Shown: positions 48,019 through 55,915 of the stretch, in pieces
Numbering within the stretch: the first letter of the stretch is position 1
Layout: every line of letters begins with the position of its first letter
NCBI GenBank assembly: GCA_029856145.1
Contig: JAHQWK010000020.1
Location: forward strand, 32,001 to 96,000
Reading direction: 5' to 3'
Source: Promethearchaeia archaeon
Lineage (GTDB): Archaea > Asgardarchaeota > Lokiarchaeia > Sigyniarchaeales > SOKP01
Length of the DNA: 64,000 nt
Notes under the pieces: generated by a model
The model's input: the letters and a program-made list of their open reading frames with translations, nothing else
What the model was told of the DNA's origin: nothing
Databases searched by the model: none
Position numbers and translations under genes: made by a program

Positions 48019-49209
48019 TTACTGATTAAAAATCGTATCAATTATAACCTTTATTTGTTTGGGGTTTATTATTGTAAAGAAAAAATCACAATTTATATTG
48101 TTAAAACCTTTATAAGCATTGTTTTTATAATTAGTTCTTTTTGAGGGTTTAATAATCCCCATATTTAACATCTCTTCAATTAGACTATAAAACTCATTAT
48201 TATTTTTTATACATTCTAAAGATTCACAAGAAAGTTCATAGCATTCCATTAATTCATTAAAGGAAATGTAATAATTCATTTTGCTTACAAAAAAATTCGA
48301 AAGATTATCTAAGAATACAACAGTTAATATATCCTCTTCCGAAAGATAATTTATTATGCTAAATTCATCAGAGATTTGAAATGTATCAAATTCATTCTGG
48401 CAAATTTCTAATAACTCAAAATTACAAGCCCCTTTATTATTTTTTATTGTTGGATATATATCTCGAAGAATTTCAATTCCTTTTCCGGGAACAGGGACAT
48501 ATTCTTCACAAATTAAATCTGTTATATATCTAATTAAGTCTTTATCAATTTCATGTGAAAAACTTAATAGAACTCTTTGTTTAAGAATAGAATAAAGCTC
48601 ATGATATGAGAAAAAGTCTAATTTATGTTTAAAATCAAATTCAGAAAGTAAATCCATTGTACCTGGTTTTAAAAATTTATTTACTGTAGAAATTAAAGTA
48701 ATATTTGTTTCTTTACTAAATTGTAAGAATTTATGAAATATTTCAGGCTCTAAATATTCAATATTATTAAAAATAAAGAACAAATGAGAATCAGTTTTAT
48801 TACAAATAAATTTAAAAGTATTCCATAAGTGGGCAATGTTTGAATTTAAGATGGTTCGATAATCGAAGTTAAAATTAGAAAAGCTTGTTAATTCATTTAA
48901 TAGTGAAAAAATTAATTCTTCAATTTCTTTTTCTTTGCAATCTACACAAACTTTATTAATTTTAAAACAATCTTTGTTTTGCATTAAAAGATCGTTTATT
49001 ACTTTATTTACTATTACTTTTTTCCCAATCCCATTCATTCCGTGATAAAGAACGTTAAGGCAAAACTCGTCAGAAATCGAATCATTTAAAATCGAAAGTA
49101 AAGAATTTTCTTCTTTTTTTCTGTATAATAAGCGTGGTGGGATATAATTTGGGTCAAAGAGAGCTTTGGGGCCTATATAATTTTTATTTACATTGGATTT
49201 TATTATCAA
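48019..49209 (-). CDS. Cdc6/Orc1-like AAA+ protein with degenerate ATPase motifs
   Basis: FDPNYIPPRLLYRKKE N-terminal motif and YSILKQRV lid motif. Walker A is GMNGIGKK, the Walker B position reads FIFNNIE, and there is a wH-like C-terminus. Confidence 0.78.
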   Translation of the reverse strand: MIIKSNVNKNYIGPKALFDPNYIPPRLLYRKKEENSLLSILNDSISDEFCLNVLYHGMNGIGKKVIVNKVINDLLMQNKDCFKINKVCVDCKEKEIEELIFSLLNELTSFSNFNFDYRTILNSNIAHLWNTFKFICNKTDSHLFFIFNNIEYLEPEIFHKFLQFSKETNITLISTVNKFLKPGTMDLLSEFDFKHKLDFFSYHELYSILKQRVLLSFSHEIDKDLIRYITDLICEEYVPVPGKGIEILRDIYPTIKNNKGACNFELLEICQNEFDTFQISDEFSIINYLSEEDILTVVFLDNLSNFFVSKMNYYISFNELMECYELSCESLECIKNNNEFYSLIEEMLNMGIIKPSKRTNYKNNAYKGFNNINCDFFFTIINPKQIKVIIDTIFNQ

Positions 49210-49426
49210 TTTTTTAGCCTTTGTTTAAAATGATTTTAGACATATGTATTTAAACCCCACCCCCAGAGGGGTGATTAAAAGTAAAATTAAAAAGTTAATT
49301 CTTGAATTTCTGATGGAGAATTGATATTTCTCACTCTTTCAAGAACTTTTCTGAAATTTGGCATAAAAAATTACTCTAAATTGAAAATCAGAGTTCTAGA
49401 AGAGAATTTCAGATTAAATTTTTTAA

Positions 49427-50383
49427 CTAATCAAAACTTTCTAATAAATTTTTTAAATTTTCTGCTAACAATGGTAAATATTCATAGGATTTAATTTTTA
49501 CTTTCTTATTTAAACAAAGCGCGACCAAATATAGTCTTGCATCTCCTATATCTAATTTTCTTAGAAAAATAATTCCTTCTTTTTGAAATTCTGAATGTTT
49601 CTCTGGAAATTCTACATTTGTTACAATATCAATTGTATTTATATCCCATTCTTCTAGTTTTTCTAATGCTTGAGTTAGCCTCGGAGCTATAGACTCGCAA
49701 ATTTCCTGATAAGCTTGATTTGTGCTTCTGCTAGCAATTATAAAACAATTCTGATCCAATAGCAGCGTAGAGCTATTATAAGTCTTGCCCATATAATCTT
49801 TCAGTAAGGTTTGAAACATTTCAGATTTGTGAGTAGCATAAAAAGCACCATCAGAGAAAGCCTTCAATAAACTTGGTTCATCATATATTGAAGTTTTTAA
49901 GATAGAAAATTTAACATCTTTAATAATAGATGAAATTTCATGATCTAAAGATTTGATGTTATTAACAATATTTTTATTATTTTTAATATCCGGATCACAT
50001 TTATGTAGTAAGATCAAGAGTTGAAAATTATCAGGGTGTGATTCTGAGGTAATATTTATTATATCTTTAAGAAAAACTAAGGCTTCTTCAAATTTTTTAG
50101 GTGCTTGGATATCTATAACATAAAAAATTGATTGCATTTCCGTAAAATACTTACTTTTTTCACCTATATATATTTTTCTATAACTCTTTTGACCACCTAA
50201 ATCCCAACGGACTATTGTAGTACCTAATAATGAGTTTGTATGAAGAGTTCTTTTTGCCTTTATAGTTGGTTTAACTGTAGTTAGTAAACTAAATTTCTTA
50301 TCTAATATTAATAAAATTGATGTCTTTCCACCACTTTCTAAACCACAGAAAAGTATTTTTTTATACTCTTTTGATTCGCTCAT
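49427..50383 (-). CDS. Arf/Rag-like small GTPase fused to a C-terminal roadblock/longin-like domain
   Basis: G1 GLESGGKTS, G2 KPT, G3 WDLGGQ, G4 HKCD, G5 TSI, then an alpha/beta C-terminal domain (STLLLDQNCFIIAS). Confidence 0.85.
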   Translation of the reverse strand: MSESKEYKKILFCGLESGGKTSILLILDKKFSLLTTVKPTIKAKRTLHTNSLLGTTIVRWDLGGQKSYRKIYIGEKSKYFTEMQSIFYVIDIQAPKKFEEALVFLKDIINITSESHPDNFQLLILLHKCDPDIKNNKNIVNNIKSLDHEISSIIKDVKFSILKTSIYDEPSLLKAFSDGAFYATHKSEMFQTLLKDYMGKTYNSSTLLLDQNCFIIASRSTNQAYQEICESIAPRLTQALEKLEEWDINTIDIVTNVEFPEKHSEFQKEGIIFLRKLDIGDARLYLVALCLNKKVKIKSYEYLPLLAENLKNLLESFD

Positions 50384-50411
50384 ATCTTTTATAGGATAAT
50401 ATTGAATTTAT

Positions 50412-51230
50412 TTATGCTTTAACTATTTTAATTTTTATTTTTATTTTATCAATTTTTTCTTTAAGTCGAATTTCTCTTAGTTTTCTTGGAAAATTTAAAT
50501 CTAGCTCATCAAAAATAAAACCACTTGAACCCTTTGGTCCTTCTATAATTTTTAATTTAGATGGAGATATATTTCCTTTATAAAAAGAAATAATTTTACT
50601 ATTACCAAGAAATTTTCTTTTTAGATAATGACCAAAAGTATTACAAGCAACAATAGGGATTCGATTTTCAAGAGCACGCGCTTGTAAATAAACATGCCAA
50701 TTTTCCATTCCATCCTCCCTTATTTGAGTTGGAGAAAATAAAAGATCAGCACCATTTTCGACAGCCAATCGAGGAGTTTCAAAAAAAGCCATATCAAAAC
50801 AAATAAGAATTGTGAAACAATAGGAGCTATTAATTTTAAACACCTGTAATTCTTTACCTGGTTCAAAGTGTTCACGTTCATAAGCGTATAAGTGAATTTT
50901 ATCCTGCCTTCCAATTTCCTCACCATTTTCATCAAAAAAATAGGATGTTATTGCAGGTTTTTTTGAACTAGTTCTTTTCTCCCAAATTGCTCCTGATATA
51001 AATTTTACATTGTATTCTTTAGCTAAATTTTTTATAAAAGAATAATCATTACCTCTTTGTTGTTGGAAATTCTGAGTTGGATCTCTAAGAAAAGGAACCC
51101 ATCTTTCCGGGAGGCAAATTATATCGCAATTTTTGTGCGTTTCCAATAATTCTTTTAGAATATTTTCTATTTCATTATAACATTTTGTTCTTTTTTCAAA
51201 TAATTCAGGTTGAATACAGGCTACTCTCAT
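50412..51230 (-). CDS. Carbon-nitrogen hydrolase (nitrilase superfamily)
   Basis: Triad motifs LPE, DKIHL, ICFDMAF; ARALENR. Confidence 0.92.
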   Translation of the reverse strand: MRVACIQPELFEKRTKCYNEIENILKELLETHKNCDIICLPERWVPFLRDPTQNFQQQRGNDYSFIKNLAKEYNVKFISGAIWEKRTSSKKPAITSYFFDENGEEIGRQDKIHLYAYEREHFEPGKELQVFKINSSYCFTILICFDMAFFETPRLAVENGADLLFSPTQIREDGMENWHVYLQARALENRIPIVACNTFGHYLKRKFLGNSKIISFYKGNISPSKLKIIEGPKGSSGFIFDELDLNFPRKLREIRLKEKIDKIKIKIKIVKA

Positions 51231-51238
51231 TTTTAAAA

Positions 51239-51994
51239 TTACTGAGTGTTTTCTTTATTGCTAATCTCTTCTATTATATCAAATAATTCATTTAAATTAG
51301 AGATCTCATAATTAGGCTTTATATCTCCTTGATCATTAAAATCTGCATTATAAGTGTCATATTTACCTCCACGATGAAGATAAACGCTATAAATATTGTT
51401 TAAATTAGCTGGAATTATATCTTTATCAATACGGTCTCCTACATATATTGTTTCTTGACCAATAACTCCAAATTTTTTTAAACAGTAATTGAATAGTTCT
51501 GGATTAGGTTTTTTAATACCAATTTCATCTGAAATAACTACTAAATCAATTAATTTATCAACATTAAGTCTTAAAATCTTTTCATATTGCTTTATAGGGA
51601 TTCCATCAGTTATAATGGCTGTTTTTATTGATAATTCTTTTAATTTATTTAAACTTTCTTCTACATCATCATAAAGCGTTATTGAATTAACCTTTTCTGC
51701 GTGGTATGCCATTACTGCTGCTGCTATAAATTTAAAACCATCGTTATAAGAGATATATTCTATGTTATCCTCCATTTGATTCAATCTTCTAATGAAGTAA
51801 TTATAATGTTTTGACGAATTTGAACCATATTCTTTCACAATTTCCTTTAATATCCGAACTGCTTTCTTTTTATCTATATTTAGCCCCAAATTAATCATTG
51901 CATCGAGACCTTTAATTCTTGCTCTTTCAGATAACACGGTTGAATCAAAAAGACAATCATCCAAGTCAAACCCAATTAATTTTATAGGACTCAT
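51239..51994 (-). CDS. HAD-superfamily hydrolase (class IA)
   Basis: FDLDDCL, IITDG, KKP, YVGDRIDKDI. Confidence 0.92.
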   Translation of the reverse strand: MSPIKLIGFDLDDCLFDSTVLSERARIKGLDAMINLGLNIDKKKAVRILKEIVKEYGSNSSKHYNYFIRRLNQMEDNIEYISYNDGFKFIAAAVMAYHAEKVNSITLYDDVEESLNKLKELSIKTAIITDGIPIKQYEKILRLNVDKLIDLVVISDEIGIKKPNPELFNYCLKKFGVIGQETIYVGDRIDKDIIPANLNNIYSVYLHRGGKYDTYNADFNDQGDIKPNYEISNLNELFDIIEEISNKENTQ

Positions 51995-52201
51995 TGTTAG
52001 ATTCTGATTTTATCTAAAATTCATTGAAAATATTTATGTTGATTGCTAATATTAATTATTCTAGGATATTAGATATTAAGTTAAGATAAATTTATTTATC
52101 TTTAATAATATATAATCTTCAATATTAATTTATTCTAGGTTATACAGAAAAAAAAGCTGTTCTTGCAATTTAATAATTAAATCTTAATGGAGATTCATTA
52201 A

Positions 52202-53398
52202 TTGAAAACCATCGTTGCTTTGTCATATTTTCATCGTAAAATTGGTCCATTAGTCTTTTATTCTTATCCAAAAGATATGTTAGAAAGAGAATTATCACTT
52301 AAAATTGCAAACATTATGGATCAGCAATTTAGCGAAGGTTTTTTTACACATTCTTTTGAAAATTTAAAATCATTGAATTATTACTTCGAGATTCATTCAG
52401 ATTGGGCTAGAGGAAATAAAGAAATGTTGATGGTTTCAACAATTCTTGATCAGCAAATCTCTACTGAAGATGAAGAAAAAATCTCAATTTTATGTACAGA
52501 GTTTTCAGAACAATTACAATCAAATGAAGAGATTTATACTGCATTTTATATAAATGATGTAAATAATTTTGATGAAGAAGATCAGGAAAGCATAAGAAAA
52601 AACGAATCCTTAATAAAAGCGTGGGTAGAGAATCTATATTGGTTTATTATAGAAGATACACGGGAAAAAACTGAAGAAGAGGAAATCGCAATCTTATTAA
52701 ATGATAAACATATATTTATGACCTTAGAGAAGTTGTCCGAAGGTCCTATCTTATTAGAAGGGCTTAGAGAATGGTTCATTGAAAATTTTCCTGAAAAAAA
52801 TTTTAATGAAATTATTGAAATATTAGATGAACGACAATTTATTTTTATTAATCAAATAGGCTTAGTAGAGAAATATGTACTTTTAGTAAAAGAAGTAAAT
52901 GCTGAAAGAATACCACCAGATAGCATCATTGAATATATTGATGATAAACCAGAATTGATTGAATTGCTTCTCCCTAAAGTTCAAGAATATTTTAGTGAAT
53001 ATGAAAAGAAAACTAGGGAAGACATAAAGGAAGATGCTTTCACATTATATCAAATTATGGCAGATCCAAAAAAGTATAGTGTTCTTTCAGAATTAAGAAA
53101 TGGATTAATATCAAAAGATAAATTACCAAAATTAGTATCGAAAAAATCTTTGGATTCATTAATGGAAAATATTGAATTCTTAAAGAAATTTGATGTAATT
53201 GAAGAATTAAATTATAATAGTGAAACTTATATTGTTTTAAAGACCAATTTGCAAATAACAACTGCATTTCCAGAATGGATGAGAAAATTATTACCAAAAG
53301 AATCTGAACCCGTGGTAGCAGATAAGTATAAAGCAAATAGAAATAAAAGTAAAAAAACTTCAAAAAATAAAAAAAGTAAAAATTCTAAAAAAAAGTAA
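52202..53398 (+). CDS. Longin / uDENN-like domain protein (Asgard eukaryotic-signature type)
   Basis: N-terminal VALSYFHRKIGPLVFYSYP (F-x-x-x-x-GP) and ARG...MLMVS longin pattern; wH-like C-terminal segments; basic tail. Confidence 0.7.
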   Translation: MKTIVALSYFHRKIGPLVFYSYPKDMLERELSLKIANIMDQQFSEGFFTHSFENLKSLNYYFEIHSDWARGNKEMLMVSTILDQQISTEDEEKISILCTEFSEQLQSNEEIYTAFYINDVNNFDEEDQESIRKNESLIKAWVENLYWFIIEDTREKTEEEEIAILLNDKHIFMTLEKLSEGPILLEGLREWFIENFPEKNFNEIIEILDERQFIFINQIGLVEKYVLLVKEVNAERIPPDSIIEYIDDKPELIELLLPKVQEYFSEYEKKTREDIKEDAFTLYQIMADPKKYSVLSELRNGLISKDKLPKLVSKKSLDSLMENIEFLKKFDVIEELNYNSETYIVLKTNLQITTAFPEWMRKLLPKESEPVVADKYKANRNKSKKTSKNKKSKNSKKK

Positions 53399-53433
53399 CT
53401 CCCAGAAAATAGTCTTTTTAAGAACGAATAATA

Positions 53434-53685
53434 ATGCCTAAAAAAGAAGAAACTCATGAGGATTTAAAAAATCTTTTAGGTTATATGGGAATTGAAATAC
53501 TGGTAGCAATTAATAATGGAGCTAAAAATTATGAAACAATAAAATTATTTTCTGGCTTACCAATTTCTTGTATAAACGGGAGAATACCAGTTTTACGTGA
53601 CTTAGGTCTTATAAAACAAAATAACGATGAATATTTTTTAACAGAGAAAGGAATTCATTTTCGAAAAAGATTAGAAGTAGAATAA
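53434..53685 (+). CDS. Small winged-helix DNA-binding protein
   Basis: EILVAI...LRDLGLI...YFLTEKG wHTH pattern. Confidence 0.75.
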   Translation: MPKKEETHEDLKNLLGYMGIEILVAINNGAKNYETIKLFSGLPISCINGRIPVLRDLGLIKQNNDEYFLTEKGIHFRKRLEVE

Positions 53686-53695
53686 TTTATAAAGT

Positions 53696-53772
53696 TTGAC
53701 ATCAGTTTGGGGCGACAATGTCATCGCTACCGAGCAAGTAGCTAGCTTTGTCATAAGTTCATCATCTGTCAA
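53696..53772 (-). ncRNA. Box C/D guide sRNA, predicted to direct 2'-O-methylation of the 23S rRNA P-loop G (E. coli G2251 equivalent)
   Basis: Minus strand reads TTGACA-G-ATGATGA (box C, 53759-53765)...CTAG (degenerate D')...CGATGA (C')-CATTGTCGCCCCAAA-CTGA (box D, 53702-53705)-TGTCAA. It has a 6-bp terminal stem, and the D guide is complementary to UGGGGCGGCA. Confidence 0.82.
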
Positions 53773-53778
53773 TTGATA

Positions 53779-54264
53779 CTAATCTTCTTTACTATTTAAT
53801 TCTTGATTATTAATCTCCTTTTTATAGTACTTTCTCATATAATATCCGGGTCGTTTTAAACCACCACATTCATCAATTATTTGCTTTAACCCTCCTTCTT
53901 GCGAAATGATGTTTTCATATCTAATATAATCTTGTTGTGTAATTTCATTTCTTTCCATTAAGTAATCTAAAATATTAATTGCTTCTTCATTTTTTGTACA
54001 CCTTCTTAAAAAGTCAATCACTCCAGGATTAAATAATTCATTAGGATATAAATTATTAGATTCCTGAGGTTTTTCCTCATTTTCTTGCTCTACATCCATA
54101 TCAATTGAATTCATTTTTATTGATTTTTTTCTTGTTGAAATTTCTTCAATCAAATGAGGGAATTGCTTATTAAGTTCATCTTTATCATAAGATATTTTTA
54201 ATCCGTTTGATTCTTCAATTTCAACTTTTTTGAGATCTTTTCTATTTTTATTTTTTTTTTTCAT
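53779..54264 (-). CDS. DUF2095-like conserved archaeal protein
   Basis: FPHLIEEI, PGVIDFLRRC...EEAINILDYL, KRPGYY. Confidence 0.75.
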   Translation of the reverse strand: MKKKNKNRKDLKKVEIEESNGLKISYDKDELNKQFPHLIEEISTRKKSIKMNSIDMDVEQENEEKPQESNNLYPNELFNPGVIDFLRRCTKNEEAINILDYLMERNEITQQDYIRYENIISQEGGLKQIIDECGGLKRPGYYMRKYYKKEINNQELNSKED

Positions 54265-54439
54265 AATAATAATGATTTCTATTTATAGTTGAGTCTTTAA
54301 ACGAATATTGGTTATACAATTATTAATTTATATAATTATAGAACATCCAAAAATTTTTGCTCATAATAGAAAATAATAAAATTAATTAATTTCAGTAAAT
54401 TTTTGAAGATATAATAAAATAAAAGATTGTAGTGAGAAA

Positions 54440-55024
54440 TTGAAGTCTGGATATAGCTATGTAAAAGAGACTTTTGAGAAACATGAAAAAGGTTATAAAA
54501 CACCTCATTGGTATCGTGGAATTGAATATCGAAAGGGTAGATCAATTCAAAGAGTTGAAAAACCAACTAATATTCATCGCGCAAGAACTTTAGGTTATAA
54601 AGCAAAACAAGGATATATAATAGTTAGAGCTAGAATAAGAAAGGGAGGAATGCATAAAACTCGTCCAAAGCGAGGTAGAAAACCAAGAGCAATGGGTGTT
54701 TCTAAGTATACAACTGGAAAAAATCTTCAATGGATCGCTGAGGAACGTGTTCAAAGAAAGTATCCAAACATGCAGGTTCTTAACAGTTATAAAGTCTATT
54801 CTGATGGGAAACATTGGTATTATGAAACAATTTTAGTTGATCCTAATCACCCTGTCATCAAGTCGGATCCCAAAATTAACTGGATAGTTCAACCACAACA
54901 TACAAAAAGAGTAACTCGTGGTCTTACATCTGCGGGAAAAAGAGCTCGGGGATTAAATAAGAAAGGTTGGGGTTCAGAAAAAACTCGACCAAGCATTAGA
55001 GCTAATAAAGGTCGTGGAAAGTAG
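54440..55024 (+). CDS. rpl15e: 50S ribosomal protein L15e
   Basis: RVEKPTNIHRARTLGYKAKQG, IAEERVQRKYPNMQVLNSY, LVDPNHPVIKSDP, RGLTSAGKRARGL. Confidence 0.97.
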   Translation: MKSGYSYVKETFEKHEKGYKTPHWYRGIEYRKGRSIQRVEKPTNIHRARTLGYKAKQGYIIVRARIRKGGMHKTRPKRGRKPRAMGVSKYTTGKNLQWIAEERVQRKYPNMQVLNSYKVYSDGKHWYYETILVDPNHPVIKSDPKINWIVQPQHTKRVTRGLTSAGKRARGLNKKGWGSEKTRPSIRANKGRGK

Positions 55025-55078
55025 TAAGATTATATGATTTTATGAAATTAAAATAGAAATTTAATTTTTACTTATTCT

Positions 55079-55876
55079 CTACAATGTGTTTACTGAAATA
55101 GTCATCCCGCCATCTAAAATCATGTTCTGGCCTGTTATATAATCTGAAGCAGGTGAAGCTAAAAATAAAGCGACATCAGCAACTTGTCTTGGTTCCCCAA
55201 TTCTGTCTAATGGAAGTTTAACATTTCTTTTTTTCATAAATTCTCGAATAAATTCAGGATTACCCTTGTACATAGGTGTTAAAAATAAACCTGGACAAAT
55301 TCCATTCACTGTAATATTAGTGGCCCCGAGTTCCAGAGCCCAAAGCTTCGTAAAACTAATAAGCGCTGCTTTACTTACACTATATATTCCTATATATGGA
55401 TTAGCTCCGCATTCTGTACCTGCACATGAGGCAATATTAATAATTTTTCCTGCTATAGGTTTGAAATCTTGTTTACTCATTTTTCTATAGAATGATTTTG
55501 TTACATTCCAAGCACCTTTAACATTTACATCCATGACTTTATCATAATCTTCTTCTTTTGCAACAAGTGAAAATGTACCTACTCTGACACCTGCATTATT
55601 CACCAATATAAACACATTATCAAACTTTTCAAAAACTTCTTTTCTCATTTCTTTAACTTGATTGACATCAGATATATCTGCTTGAGCTAATAAAATATCC
55701 ACATTATATTTATTCAAAATGATTTCGCGAGTTTTTTCGATACTTTCAAGATTTATATCATTTAATACTAAACTAGCACCTTTACTTGCATAAGCAATTG
55801 CCATTTCACGACCAAATCCACTTCCTGCCCCTGTAACAAGGGCTACTTTTCCTTCTAAAAAGTTTTTATTCATCAT
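55079..55876 (-). CDS. Short-chain dehydrogenase/reductase (FabG-like)
   Basis: TGAGSGFG, NNAG, YSVSK, ITGQNMILDGG. Confidence 0.94.
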   Translation of the reverse strand: MMNKNFLEGKVALVTGAGSGFGREMAIAYASKGASLVLNDINLESIEKTREIILNKYNVDILLAQADISDVNQVKEMRKEVFEKFDNVFILVNNAGVRVGTFSLVAKEEDYDKVMDVNVKGAWNVTKSFYRKMSKQDFKPIAGKIINIASCAGTECGANPYIGIYSVSKAALISFTKLWALELGATNITVNGICPGLFLTPMYKGNPEFIREFMKKRNVKLPLDRIGEPRQVADVALFLASPASDYITGQNMILDGGMTISVNTL

Positions 55877-55915
55877 ATTTTTCTCTTAAATTAATTAAAT
55901 TATAAAAAGAATTAC

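Noticed and set aside
49311-49354. Second box C/D RNA (TGATGG...CTGA)
   Set aside because: Imperfect C box, too short for two guides, no terminal stem and no recognisable target.
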